Counted from the stretch's first letter, positions 18,161 through 28,141 are shown. The stretch is DNA of 64,000 bases from Clostridia bacterium (GCA_045635805.1 JAZTWI010000001.1:130103-194102); one strand, 5' to 3'. The notes: a model not told the origin generated them from the sequence alone. Program-made: numbers and translations.

Positions 18161-19937
18161 ATTCAACCGTTACACTCTTTGCTAGGTTTCTTGGCTGGTC
18201 AGGATTGTAGCCTTTTAGGGTAGAGACTTTGTATGCTAGATACTGCATAGGTGCTATTGCGAGTATTGGAGCAAGGAGTGGGTTTGCAGAATTTATATAT
18301 ATTGAATTTTTGTGCTCTAGGTAGTGCTCATACCTATTAGTGATAAGAATCTCTTTTGCGCCCCTAGCAGAACTCTCATGCGCTGCATTGATAGTCTTTG
18401 ATATTTGTATGTCGCTTCCTGTTGCAAAGATTATAAGGGGTGTTCCTTCTTCCACAAGAGCTAGAAATCCGTGCTTAAGTTCGCCCGATGGATAACTAGT
18501 GGAATTAATATAAGATATTTCTTTTAGTTTAAGTGATGATTCCATTGCTATTATGTAATCAAGGTCCTTGCCCAAGAATATTGCTGTACTATCATTATAT
18601 ATTTCTTTGGCAATACTATTTATCTTATCTCTATCGAAACTGAGAATGTTATTAGCGATAGATAGAATATCTTTTTCGTAGTCGATAAAATTATTTTCTT
18701 TAACATTGTGTAAGTGACAGGCAAACATATATAGTGCTGTTAGTTGACATACAAAAGCTTTAGTAGAAGCAACTGCAATCTCTGGTCCTGCTACAGTTGG
18801 TAGGGTGTGACTAGCGAGTCTAGCAATAGATGAATATAGTACATTAGTAAGGGCAATATTATCAAAGCCTTTTTTCTTTACAATCTCTAGTGCTCTTAGG
18901 GTATCAGCAGTTTCTCCACTCTGACTTATAAAGATAAAGAGTGTATTCTTATCATCAAGGATTGGCTCCTTGTATATAAACTCACTAGCTATCTCTGTAG
19001 AGCATTTAATTCCTACTAATTTCTCTATAAATCTAGCTCCCATTAGTCCTGCGTGATAGGCTGTTCCACAGCCGATAAATTTGATATGTTCAAATCTTTT
19101 TATGTAATCATAGTCGTAGTATTTGAGTGTGTTTTTACTTCTGTATGTATCCACTTGATTGATGATTGCATTGCGTTCTTCTTCTATTTCTTTCAGCATA
19201 AAATGTGGGTAGTTTTGTAGGTTTGTTTCTTCAAATGTTTCGTTTATTTTACTAGGTTTTTTGTCTATTGTATTTTCATTAATGTCATAAAATATAATCT
19301 TATTGTCAGAAACAACTGCAAATTCATTATCTAAGAATTCGTATAAATAGTCGTAATTGGGTGGCATACTGATAGGGTCAGAAGCCACCCAAATCTCATC
19401 ACTATTTACACAAATAAAGAGCGGACTATTCTTCTTTGCTATGTATAGAGTGTTGCTCTCTTTTTTATTAATAGCAGCTATTGCAAAACTACCTTTTACA
19501 TCCTTAAATATTGAAATGAAAGATGTAATATTTTGTGCATTATTTTCTTCTAGATACTCAGCTAGTACTGCTGTGTCGGTATCGCTTATGATAGGGTGTT
19601 TTGTTTTTTCTTTTAATTCTTTATAGTTCTCTATAATACCATTATGTACTATTGTCCACGTTCCACTATGTGAGCTATGTGGGTGGGCGTTCTCGTAGTT
19701 TGCTTTTCCGTGCGTTGCCCATCTAGTGTGAGATATGGCACAGGTGGTACTTAGATTCCCTGGTAAATTATTTATTAGTTCGTCTATCTTACCTGCCTGT
19801 TTGTGGGTGGTTATTTCTTTATTATTTAAAACACTTATTCCTGCCGAGTCATAGCCTCTGTATTCTAGTTTCTTTAGTGCTTGTAATATTTTCTTTGCCG
19901 GTATCTTTTTACCACAGTAACCAACTATTCCACACAT
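18159..19937 (-). CDS. glmS: Glutamine-fructose-6-phosphate aminotransferase
   Basis: MCGIVGY N-terminal nucleophile, two SIS domains and a C-terminal ...KSVTVE. Confidence 0.95.
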   Translation of the reverse strand: MCGIVGYCGKKIPAKKILQALKKLEYRGYDSAGISVLNNKEITTHKQAGKIDELINNLPGNLSTTCAISHTRWATHGKANYENAHPHSSHSGTWTIVHNGIIENYKELKEKTKHPIISDTDTAVLAEYLEENNAQNITSFISIFKDVKGSFAIAAINKKESNTLYIAKKNSPLFICVNSDEIWVASDPISMPPNYDYLYEFLDNEFAVVSDNKIIFYDINENTIDKKPSKINETFEETNLQNYPHFMLKEIEEERNAIINQVDTYRSKNTLKYYDYDYIKRFEHIKFIGCGTAYHAGLMGARFIEKLVGIKCSTEIASEFIYKEPILDDKNTLFIFISQSGETADTLRALEIVKKKGFDNIALTNVLYSSIARLASHTLPTVAGPEIAVASTKAFVCQLTALYMFACHLHNVKENNFIDYEKDILSIANNILSFDRDKINSIAKEIYNDSTAIFLGKDLDYIIAMESSLKLKEISYINSTSYPSGELKHGFLALVEEGTPLIIFATGSDIQISKTINAAHESSARGAKEILITNRYEHYLEHKNSIYINSANPLLAPILAIAPMQYLAYKVSTLKGYNPDQPRNLAKSVTVE

Positions 19938-21256
19938 TAGTTTAACTCCTTATCAATTTTTCTAATTATTGTCTCTAGGGATTCTGCTATAGTTCTGCTC
20001 TTTTCATAATTATTACTCTCTACCATTATCCTTATTACAGGTTCTGTGCCTGATACCCTTATCATTATTCTGCCATTATCTTTTAAGGTGTTTTGTTGAT
20101 GTTCTAATGCAGTGGAGAGTGTGCTGTTATTTATTATATTTAGTTTGTTCTCAACCTTTACGTTTCTATTACACTGTTTGTATGGGGTGTAGGTGCATAG
20201 GCCTATAAGATTGCATTTATTTTCGAGCATAATATTAATAAGAGTAATTGCAGTGAGAATACCATCACCTGTAGGAAGTATATCTCTCTGTATTATATGT
20301 CCAGACTGTTCACCACCTATCTGCAAGTCTTTTTCTGCTAATTTCGCTGCTACATACTTATCGCCAATTTCTGCTCTGTGTAGAGTGACACCTATTTCAT
20401 TAAGGCCTATCTCCATACCCATATTAGTGTGCCTTGTTCCGACCACTTCTTTATGTCTAAGGTTCCCTGTGTTTAAATAATGTTTGGTTAGTATGTAAAT
20501 AATCTGGTCGCCATCGATTATCTCTCCTGATTTGTCTATAGCAATAACTCTATCTCCATCGCCATCAAAGGCAAAGCCGATGTCTGCTTTGTTCTTTGAT
20601 ATAGCAGTCTTTAGAGAGTCTAGACAGGTAGCTCCACAATCTTTATTAATGTCTAGTCCATTTGTATTATTGTTGATAATAATTACATTATCTTTATGCT
20701 CTTCAAATATATTTTCAATGATAGGGCTAGTGGCGCCATTAGCACAGTCAAATATTATTTTTAGATGCCCTAGGTCTTTTATTTTTTCTTTTAAAAATTT
20801 TTCATAGATTTTAACTAAATTATTTTTATAAGTTATTTGTCCTAGGTTTTCATTAGTTGTCAGTATATGCTTAAAAAAATTTTTTTCTATCAACTCTTCT
20901 TTCTTGTCTGCAATTTTTCTGAAGTTATTATCAAATATTTTGATACCATTATGTTCTACTGGATTGTGTGATGCTGTAATTGTTACTCCGTAGTCATAGC
21001 CAAGGGTGTGTGTTAGATAAGCAACTGCAGGTGTTGGGCATACACCAACCATAGTAATATTGCAACCAGCAGAAATAAGACCACTAGCAAAAGCCGTGGA
21101 TATATAATCTCCACTAACTCTAGTGTCTTTGCCAAGTAAGATATTGCTACTAGGAGCTATTTTTCCTAGTGCGTTTCCACAATTATAGGCAATCTCGTGG
21201 TTTAGGTCATCACCAATAATTCCCCTTAGTCCATCTGTGCCAAAGAATATGCTCAT
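19937..21256 (-). CDS. glmM: Phosphoglucosamine mutase
   Basis: FGTDGLRG N-terminus and the active-site motif TASHNP. Confidence 0.9.
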   Translation of the reverse strand: MSIFFGTDGLRGIIGDDLNHEIAYNCGNALGKIAPSSNILLGKDTRVSGDYISTAFASGLISAGCNITMVGVCPTPAVAYLTHTLGYDYGVTITASHNPVEHNGIKIFDNNFRKIADKKEELIEKNFFKHILTTNENLGQITYKNNLVKIYEKFLKEKIKDLGHLKIIFDCANGATSPIIENIFEEHKDNVIIINNNTNGLDINKDCGATCLDSLKTAISKNKADIGFAFDGDGDRVIAIDKSGEIIDGDQIIYILTKHYLNTGNLRHKEVVGTRHTNMGMEIGLNEIGVTLHRAEIGDKYVAAKLAEKDLQIGGEQSGHIIQRDILPTGDGILTAITLINIMLENKCNLIGLCTYTPYKQCNRNVKVENKLNIINNSTLSTALEHQQNTLKDNGRIMIRVSGTEPVIRIMVESNNYEKSRTIAESLETIIRKIDKELN

Positions 21257-21855
21257 TTCTCTACCTTTCCTAAATATTTCTCTGCTAGTCCTGGCTTTAT
21301 GGTTTCTCTGCTCCTGCCGATTATAAAGTCATTTGGTTTAGAGTCGGTGGTGACGGTAGTTCCAGCACATATGTATGTATTGCTTGATAGTTTTACAGGA
21401 GCTATGATATTAGCATTGCTACCGATAAAGCAGTTGTCTTCCACGATTGATTTTTGCTTTTCTTTACCATTGTAGTTTACAAAGATTGCGCCACAGCCAA
21501 TATTACAGTTTTTACCAATAGTAGCGTCTCCAATATATGCTAGATGACTAGCTTTCGTGTTTTCACCAAGGTTACTATTTTTTACTTCTACAAAGTTACC
21601 TATTTTACAGTTATTATTAATTATAGAGTCTGGCCTAATATGGGCGAAAGGTCCAATGGTTATATTGTTTTTTATTATGCTATTTTCTATATAACTGCTC
21701 TTAATTTTGCAATTGTCTCCAATGGTCGAGTTTTCTATCACAGAGCCAGGTAAAACCACTGTGTTTTTGCCGATTTTTACTCTGCCAAGTAGAATTACGT
21801 TAGGATAAATCTGGGCAGTTCTGTCTATGTCTAGTCTGCATGTGTTTGTTTTCAT
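21253..21855 (-). CDS. glmU: Stand-alone left-handed beta-helix acetyltransferase homologous to the C-terminal (GlcN-1-P acetyltransferase) domain of GlmU
   Basis: GPFAHIRP..GNFVEVKNS..KASHLAYIGDATIG.NCNIGCGAIFVNYNGKEK aligns with the GlmU C-terminal domain as I remember it. ATG 21855 follows GGGAG. No uridyltransferase domain is present, and only about 110 nt separate this gene from the next one. Confidence 0.75.
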   Translation of the reverse strand: MKTNTCRLDIDRTAQIYPNVILLGRVKIGKNTVVLPGSVIENSTIGDNCKIKSSYIENSIIKNNITIGPFAHIRPDSIINNNCKIGNFVEVKNSNLGENTKASHLAYIGDATIGKNCNIGCGAIFVNYNGKEKQKSIVEDNCFIGSNANIIAPVKLSSNTYICAGTTVTTDSKPNDFIIGRSRETIKPGLAEKYLGKVEK

Positions 21856-21928
21856 ATTTACTCCCAAAGTTTGATTTGTAAATGGGCACTTTGTATGTTT
21901 ATATGATTTCTAGAACTTTTTTGATAAT

Positions 21929-21963
21929 GAAAAGAAAAAGCAAGTAGGATTTTCTACTTGCTT
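21929..21963 (-). terminator. Intrinsic terminator after the glycosyltransferase gene
   Basis: Stem AAGCAAGTAG/CTACTTGCTT (10 bp), 6-nt loop, U-rich tail on the minus strand. Confidence 0.6.
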
Positions 21964-21969
21964 AAGTGT

Positions 21970-23205
21970 TTATTTATTTTTCTTATTAGCTTTTATTGCT
22001 TCTTTTCTCTTTCTGTCTACATTTCTAATAACCATTTTCTTGGTGTCTGTAAAGTTTATATTTGAGTAATCGGCGCTAGGGCAACTAGATATTACTTTAC
22101 AGATGTCTACTAGAGCATCTGGTTTTCTTATCTTTAGCGCGGAATTTCTTAGGGTTTCCTGAGAACTAGGGTTTTTGATAAGGTGAATAATATTGTCTGC
22201 TATTGTATCTTTGTTAACAGGCAAAGCACAGTTATTATCTATTAGATATTGTTTATTGTATATTTCTTGCTGTGGAAGTTTGTCTACAATTAGTCCAGGA
22301 AGTCCTAGGTTTATCTGCTCGGTAGTGAATAGACCACCGGCTTTACCTAGAATAATATCTGATGCAGAGAATATCTCCACGATTTTGTCTGTAAATCCAA
22401 GGCTTATAAATTTATGTGGAAGGTTCGTGGTCTTTATTAGTTTATCTATCTCTCTTTTACACTTCTTGTTTTTTCCGTTAACGATTATTACTTGGATAGG
22501 ATTCTTAACCTTGGCAAGTTCACTAAATATCTTTTTGTTCTTAATAGGAAAGAATGATTGAGTAGTTAGCACGATAGTAAACATATCCGTCTCTAAACCT
22601 AGTTTTTCTCTTGCCTCTTTTTTCTCTGGTGGATTATTAAACTTGTCTGAGACCGGTATGCCTGTTACGATTAATTGCTCGTCTTTGTAGCCTTTGTCTT
22701 TAAATGATTGTATCATTCCTTCGTTGGTTAGGAACATATAGTCTAAGACTTCGGTGCAACACTCCCAATATGGAGAAATTCCGTAGTCTAGACACATACA
22801 TACAACTTTAGCAGGAATATCATAGTACCTTTTTATATTATTAAGCGCAATAGCACCAAAGATATATGTTGATACAATGACGTCTGGTTGGAATTCGTAA
22901 ATTTTCTTAAGCATTCCATACATAATAGGGTAAACTTCTCTATTACATTTGGATTTGTCCTTATTTTCAACCGAAGACATTTCGCTTTGCTTGAAGAAGT
23001 GGTTATATAGTCCCACGAAGTGATTGCATACCAAAAAGTAGCCTGTCTCCATTGTCCAAGCCTTCATTTTACTAGCATAATTTTTATATATATCAACAGT
23101 CTCTATGACTGTATCTTTATCTTTTTCTAATAATTTTTCTGTAATTCGTTTTGCAGAAGAATTATGTCCGTTTCCAGCCGATGCTGTGAAAATTAATACT
23201 CTCAT
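21970..23205 (-). CDS. MGDG synthase/UgtP-like diacylglycerol glycosyltransferase (GT28 family)
   Basis: N-terminus MRVLIFTASAGNGHNSSA is typical of UgtP/MGDG synthases, and the size and layout are consistent. Confidence 0.7.
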   Translation of the reverse strand: MRVLIFTASAGNGHNSSAKRITEKLLEKDKDTVIETVDIYKNYASKMKAWTMETGYFLVCNHFVGLYNHFFKQSEMSSVENKDKSKCNREVYPIMYGMLKKIYEFQPDVIVSTYIFGAIALNNIKRYYDIPAKVVCMCLDYGISPYWECCTEVLDYMFLTNEGMIQSFKDKGYKDEQLIVTGIPVSDKFNNPPEKKEAREKLGLETDMFTIVLTTQSFFPIKNKKIFSELAKVKNPIQVIIVNGKNKKCKREIDKLIKTTNLPHKFISLGFTDKIVEIFSASDIILGKAGGLFTTEQINLGLPGLIVDKLPQQEIYNKQYLIDNNCALPVNKDTIADNIIHLIKNPSSQETLRNSALKIRKPDALVDICKVISSCPSADYSNINFTDTKKMVIRNVDRKRKEAIKANKKNK

Positions 23206-23340
23206 ATATTCTCCCTGGGTAAATAGTTAAATTTTTAACCCTAATATTATACTTTTAAAATGCTTGTAAGTAAAGCAAATGTAAAGGTTATGATGTTTTT
23301 ATTTGTCTTTATATAAAATATTTGTTATGGAGTTTTTTCG

Positions 23341-23369
23341 TTGACAAAGTTCGACTATAATTTTATAGT
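23341..23369 (+). promoter_or_regulatory. Sigma-A-type promoter
   Basis: TTGACA, 17 nt spacer, TATAGT. Confidence 0.45.
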
Positions 23370-23393
23370 ATAAGTAGGTGCTATAAATTATTT

Positions 23394-23413
23394 TATAGTA
23401 TTATAATACTATA
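23394..23413. promoter_or_regulatory. Perfect 20-bp palindrome (candidate operator)
   Basis: TATAGTATTA|TAATACTATA is self-complementary. It lies between the promoter and the start codon, and it contains a TATAAT. Confidence 0.3.
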
Positions 23414-23451
23414 ATTTCTAAAAATTATTAGTAAAATTAAAGGATAATAAT

Positions 23452-24558
23452 ATGAAATTAGCAAAAATCGTAATAACAGGTGGACCTTGTGCAGGTAAAA
23501 CCACAGGTCTTAGTTATGTAGAGCAGGAAATGACCAAAAGGGGTTATAAGGTAGTATTTGTAGGTGAAACTGCAACTGAATTAATCCTTGGTGGCTTTGG
23601 AACTAAAGCTTATAAAAAATTTAGTGACTTTGAGTCGGCTGTTCTCTCCATGCAATTATTAAAAGAAGATTTTTATGAGAAGCAGTGTAATTATTTACCT
23701 GACGAGAAGGTTTTATTAGTCTGCGATAGGGGCACAATGGATTGTAAGGGATACGTTGGTGCTGAAGTATTCGCAGAGATTTTAGATAAACTAGGCTTAG
23801 ATGAGATAGCCTTGAGAGATAACTATGACGGAGTCTTTCATCTAGTAACTGCCGCTAAAGGAGCAGAAGAATATTACACCCTTAGCAATAATAATGCTAG
23901 AAGTGAGAGTATAGAAGAAGCAAGAGCAATGGACGATAATACTATCGCTAGTTGGACAGGTAGTCCACACTTTAGAGTGATAGATAATTCAACTAATTTT
24001 GAAGATAAACTAAAGAGATTGGTAAAGGAAATATGTGCCTGTTTAGGTGAACCAATTCCTATGGAGATAGAACGAAAATATCTCATAGAAAAGCCAGATT
24101 TAGAGAAATTAGAAGTGATGCCTAATTGTAATAAAGTAGACATAGTGCAGACATATTTGCAGACAGATGATGATAGTGAGACTAGAATAAGGCAAAGGGG
24201 TAAAGATGGCTCCTATGTCTATACTGTTACCACTAAGAGAAAGGTCTCTGATATACAGAGAGAAGAAGTGGAGAGAAGGATAACTGAGAGAGAGTATTTA
24301 ACCCTTATGATGTCTTCTGATACTCAATTAAAACAGGTAAAAAAGACCAGGTATTTACTAACCTATGATAATAGGTATTATGAAATAGATGTCTATCCGT
24401 TCTCAAAAAATAGGGCAATTTGTGAGATAGAATTGTCCGATGAAAACGAAAAAGTAGACTTTCCACCATTTATTAAAATTGTAAAAGAAGTAACTAATGA
24501 TAAGAAATTCTCAAATTTCGCCTTAGCGAGTGAAATTCCAGAAGACTTATTGGTGTAA
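23452..24558 (+). CDS. AAA-type ATPase (NadR/AAA_28-like) fused to a C-terminal CYTH domain
   Basis: Walker A is GGPCAGKTT. The C-terminal half starts with EIERKYLI (ExExK CYTH signature). Confidence 0.7.
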   Translation: MKLAKIVITGGPCAGKTTGLSYVEQEMTKRGYKVVFVGETATELILGGFGTKAYKKFSDFESAVLSMQLLKEDFYEKQCNYLPDEKVLLVCDRGTMDCKGYVGAEVFAEILDKLGLDEIALRDNYDGVFHLVTAAKGAEEYYTLSNNNARSESIEEARAMDDNTIASWTGSPHFRVIDNSTNFEDKLKRLVKEICACLGEPIPMEIERKYLIEKPDLEKLEVMPNCNKVDIVQTYLQTDDDSETRIRQRGKDGSYVYTVTTKRKVSDIQREEVERRITEREYLTLMMSSDTQLKQVKKTRYLLTYDNRYYEIDVYPFSKNRAICEIELSDENEKVDFPPFIKIVKEVTNDKKFSNFALASEIPEDLLV

Positions 24559-24595
24559 GAAAAAGGAACTTAGGTGTAATTAAGTTCCTTTTTTG
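24559..24595. terminator. Bidirectional terminator
   Basis: Stem AAGGAACTTA/TAAGTTCCTT (10 bp), 8-nt loop, T run. Confidence 0.65.
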
Positions 24596-25852
24596 TTAGT
24601 TTGTCTTCATTATTTCGTTGATGGCAAGCATTATTCCTAGTTTGCCATAGTCATATGTAAGTCCGCCTTGCATATAAGCAGTATATGGTGGTGTCATAGG
24701 ACCATCACAACTAAGTTCAATAGTTGCACCTGATATGAAACTTCCACCAGCCATTACTTCATCGTCTGGATATCCAGGCATAGGTGCTGGGACTGGTTTT
24801 ACGTAACTCTCTATAGGAGAAGCTTTCTGTATGCCTTCGCAGAATTTAACTAATTTATCGCCTTCGCCTAGGTTAATTGTCTGAATAATATCTGTTCTGT
24901 CTTCGCTATAAGTAGGGTCAACATTGTAGCCAAGTTTTTCTAGTAAGTAACTAGCAAAAGTTGCAGTTTTCATAGATGAGCATACAACAGATGGTGCTAG
25001 ATATAGACCTTGGAAATAGCTCATATTTTGATTTAAGTTAGCTCCAATATCTTTGCCTATACAAGGTGCTGAAAATCTCTCTGCTACATCATTGATATAT
25101 TCCTTTTTGCCGACAATATATCCACCCGTTTTAGCAAGGCCACCACCTAAATTTTTCATATGTGAGCCGACGATAATGTCTGCACCTACGTGAGTTGGCT
25201 CTCTATCTTCTACAAAGTCGCCATAGCAATTATCAACCATTATGATTACGTCTTTGTCTACTTCTCTAATAGCCTTGATTACTCTCTCTATTTTTGCAAT
25301 AGTTAGACTCTTTCTATGTGAGTAACCCCTAGACCTTTGAATCTCTACTAGTTTTACTTTAGACTGTTTTAGCCTGTCTATGATGCTAGGAATATCGAAA
25401 TCATCGTCTTTGAGTTCGATTTGCTCATATTTAATACCATTTGCAAGTAAAGAATTTCTACTATCACCAGATATTCCAATAACGCTCTTTAATGAGTCGT
25501 ATGGTTCTCCTGTGATAGAAATAAATGTTTCACCATATTTTAGTAGTCCAAAGAGTGTAAGGCTGAGAGCGTGTGTACCACTCATTATTTGTGGTCTCAC
25601 TAGTGCGTCTTCTGCGCCAAATAATTCTGCATAAACTGCTTCTAACTTATCTCTACCACCATCGCTATAGCCGTATCCTGTAACTTCGGCAAAGTCGGCT
25701 GTGGATAACCAATTATTTTGGAAAGCCTTGAGTACTCTAGCACTCCAATTAAATGCATTGGTTTCATATTTTTTATATATACCAGATAGGTCCTTTTCTG
25801 CCTTCTCTGCTAAATCAATTATTTTTTTATCTAAATCGTATGTGTTTGTCAT
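24596..25852 (-). CDS. Methionine gamma-lyase family PLP protein (aluminium-resistance/YnbB-like)
   Basis: The length and sequence pattern match the YnbB/aluminium-resistance PLP family as I remember it, including SHMKNLGG (PLP lysine region). Confidence 0.6.
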   Translation of the reverse strand: MTNTYDLDKKIIDLAEKAEKDLSGIYKKYETNAFNWSARVLKAFQNNWLSTADFAEVTGYGYSDGGRDKLEAVYAELFGAEDALVRPQIMSGTHALSLTLFGLLKYGETFISITGEPYDSLKSVIGISGDSRNSLLANGIKYEQIELKDDDFDIPSIIDRLKQSKVKLVEIQRSRGYSHRKSLTIAKIERVIKAIREVDKDVIIMVDNCYGDFVEDREPTHVGADIIVGSHMKNLGGGLAKTGGYIVGKKEYINDVAERFSAPCIGKDIGANLNQNMSYFQGLYLAPSVVCSSMKTATFASYLLEKLGYNVDPTYSEDRTDIIQTINLGEGDKLVKFCEGIQKASPIESYVKPVPAPMPGYPDDEVMAGGSFISGATIELSCDGPMTPPYTAYMQGGLTYDYGKLGIMLAINEIMKTN

Positions 25853-25950
25853 CTTTCTACTCCTTGCATTAGTGTATAAGATTTGGGCTCTTTTGTAAAT
25901 CTTTTTTTATAAAAACGATATAAGTATATCTATTTTCTATCGCTGTATTA

Positions 25951-25979
25951 TTGACAATATGGCTAAAAAAAGATAAAAT
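25951..25979 (+). promoter_or_regulatory. Sigma-A-type promoter for efp
   Basis: TTGACA, 17 nt spacer, TAAAAT. Confidence 0.5.
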
Positions 25980-26013
25980 AATTACATTAAGAAAAAGAAA
26001 AGGTGAAATTTTT

Positions 26014-26571
26014 ATGATAGACGTAAACAGTATTAAAAACGGTATGACACTTCTAATCGAAGGAAATATTTATCAAGTAGTAGAATTTTTACACGTTAAA
26101 CCAGGTAAAGGTTCTGCTTTTATGAAGACTAAATTAAAAAACTTAAGAACAGGTACTAGCCTAGAGAGAACATTCAATACTAACGTTAAGTTTGAAGAAG
26201 CTAGAATCGATAGGAAGGCTGTTCAATATCTATACGAAGCAGCAGACACATACTACTTTATGGATAACACAACATATGAACAATATGAGTTATCTAATGA
26301 GCAAGTAGGAGAAAACAAGGACTACTTACTAGAGAATATGTCTGTAGAGCTAACTTTCTATGGTATGGAATTATTAGGTATGACATTACCAGAGAAAATG
26401 GAGTACACAGTAATTGAAGCAGAGCCAGGTATCAAAGATAGCACAGCTTCTGCAGCTACTAAGAATGCTAAGATTGAGACAGGACTAAATGTTAGAGTTC
26501 CTATGTTTATCAACCAAGGCGATAGAATTATCATTACTACATATGATGGAAAATATTACGGTCGTGCATAA
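26014..26571 (+). CDS. efp: Translation elongation factor P
   Basis: VKPGKGSAF loop with full-length EF-P architecture. ATG 26014 follows AAAGGTGAAA, so it is preferred over the listed start at 25951. Confidence 0.95.
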   Translation: MIDVNSIKNGMTLLIEGNIYQVVEFLHVKPGKGSAFMKTKLKNLRTGTSLERTFNTNVKFEEARIDRKAVQYLYEAADTYYFMDNTTYEQYELSNEQVGENKDYLLENMSVELTFYGMELLGMTLPEKMEYTVIEAEPGIKDSTASAATKNAKIETGLNVRVPMFINQGDRIIITTYDGKYYGRA

Positions 26572-27319
26572 TAAGAGAACGGTACTTATAACAGGTGGTG
26601 CTAGGGGGCTAGGTAGAGCTATTGTAGAAGAATTTGCAAAGGCAAAAGATTTATACAATATCGCTATCAATTACAACTCTAGCGAGAGCCAGGCAATAGA
26701 ATTTAAAAACTCCCTAGCAAACCAGGGAGTTTCTTGCTGTATAGTGAAAGCGGACATTTCTAAAGAAGCAGAAGTAAAAAAGATGGTAGAAACCATAAAG
26801 AAAACTTTTGGTTCTATAGACATACTCATAAATAACTCTGCTGTATGCAAAGACTCTATCTTCTATGAAAAGAACGTAGAAGACTTTAGGGAAACATTAG
26901 ATGTAAATGTAGTAGGAACATTTTTAGTTAGTAAGTATGTGGGTGAGATGATGCTAGAGAGTAGATTCGGCAGAATTATTAATCTTACATCAACTAATGG
27001 TATCAATACTTACTATCCTATGTGTATAGACTATGATGCTAGTAAGGCTGCCATTATATCTCTTACACATAATCTAGCAGTACAGTTTGCTCCATATGTT
27101 ACAGTTAATGCAGTTGCTCCGGGTTTTATTAAAACCGAGAGTGAAATTGCTGGTATGGACGAAGAGTTTATCAAACTAGAAGAAGAGAAGATAATGGTCG
27201 GTAGAGCAGGTGAACCAGAAGACGTTACAAAACTTATCTACTTTCTTGCTAGTGACGATGCATCATTTATTAATAATCAAGTAATCAAAATTAATGGTGG
27301 TGTATACGGAGATTGCTAA
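26543..27319 (+). CDS. Short-chain dehydrogenase/reductase (FabG-like)
   Basis: TGGARGLG cofactor motif, NNSA, and a Y..ASK-type catalytic motif (YDASKAA). The start is uncertain (ATG 26543/26546 or GTG 26564), and the gene overlaps the efp 3' end. Confidence 0.8.
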   Translation: MMENITVVHNKRTVLITGGARGLGRAIVEEFAKAKDLYNIAINYNSSESQAIEFKNSLANQGVSCCIVKADISKEAEVKKMVETIKKTFGSIDILINNSAVCKDSIFYEKNVEDFRETLDVNVVGTFLVSKYVGEMMLESRFGRIINLTSTNGINTYYPMCIDYDASKAAIISLTHNLAVQFAPYVTVNAVAPGFIKTESEIAGMDEEFIKLEEEKIMVGRAGEPEDVTKLIYFLASDDASFINNQVIKINGGVYGDC

Positions 27320-27333
27320 TATTTAAAAAAAAG

Positions 27334-27366
27334 AAAAACTCTATTTTGAAAATAGAGTTTTTTTGT
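27334..27366. terminator. Bidirectional terminator
   Basis: Stem AAACTCTATTT/AAATAGAGTTT flanked by A and T runs. Confidence 0.6.
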
Positions 27367-27379
27367 TTGAGAAAATATT

Positions 27380-27841
27380 TTATTTTGTGAGTGTATTATA
27401 TAAGACCCCCATATCTCCATCTAGAGATAGATAGAAACATCTGCCATCGTATTTACCTTTGTGCTTTCTAATAATATTGAATCCAGAATAGTCTTTCTCA
27501 ACTTTTATAAGAAGGGTATCAAAAGGCATCTCATTGTACTCTTGTGTAGTATTATATACTAGCTCTAACCATAGCCCTGTCTCGAGTGCTTCCCTAGTAT
27601 CTCTATCTAGTGATACGCCAAAGGCTGGCATCTCTCTAGCACCATCGCACATAGTAATAATGCTGTTGGCAATATTGCTATATAGTGAATCTTCTTTATT
27701 AATTTCGGTTATGATGTCTTCGCTATAGATTACAATGCTATCAGGCTCGGTCATACACTTAACTAAATCGCTCTGTATTTCCACGTTGTTACCCCCAAAT
27801 ATAGTCATAATAATCAGCACAAAGATATAAATAACTCTCAT
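27380..27841 (-). CDS. Hypothetical secreted or membrane-anchored protein (153 aa)
   Basis: N-terminal hydrophobic signal or anchor (VIYIFVLIIMTIFG). I recognise no family. Confidence 0.5.
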   Translation of the reverse strand: MRVIYIFVLIIMTIFGGNNVEIQSDLVKCMTEPDSIVIYSEDIITEINKEDSLYSNIANSIITMCDGAREMPAFGVSLDRDTREALETGLWLELVYNTTQEYNEMPFDTLLIKVEKDYSGFNIIRKHKGKYDGRCFYLSLDGDMGVLYNTLTK

Positions 27842-28141
27842 ACATTATCTCCCGTACTTTAGTATATAAATCAAATAATAGTATTTGCTTTTATTTTGTT
27901 TTTATGTATATGATATATGTTATCATTTTTTTGTAGTTTTTGTCTACTCTATAAATGGGTGTTGCTTGGAAAATAATTTTACTTTGCTGAACTTCTTAAG
28001 GTTATAATTATAGACAATTACATATATGTAAATGACATTATGATATGACATACTGACAATATATTTTAATATTTTAAAATATTAAGATGATAATAAGGTT
28101 GAAAAATCAAAAAAAATTAAGCGAATTATTTATTTAAATGT

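Noticed and set aside
18159-21969. glmS ribozyme
   Set aside because: The glmS start overlaps the glmM stop, so glmS has no 5'UTR. The operon leader is about 70-110 nt and shows none of the GC-rich pseudoknotted core I would expect. This cannot be excluded formally without a covariance-model scan.
27842-28141. AT-rich 300-nt region upstream of the alcohol dehydrogenase gene with a TACATATATGTA palindrome and repeated TGACA(A/T)T motifs as a possible Rex or other operator cluster
   Set aside because: The motifs do not match the Rex consensus (TTGTGAA-N4-TTCACAA) as I remember it. Short AT palindromes are expected by chance here, so I noted it but did not call it.
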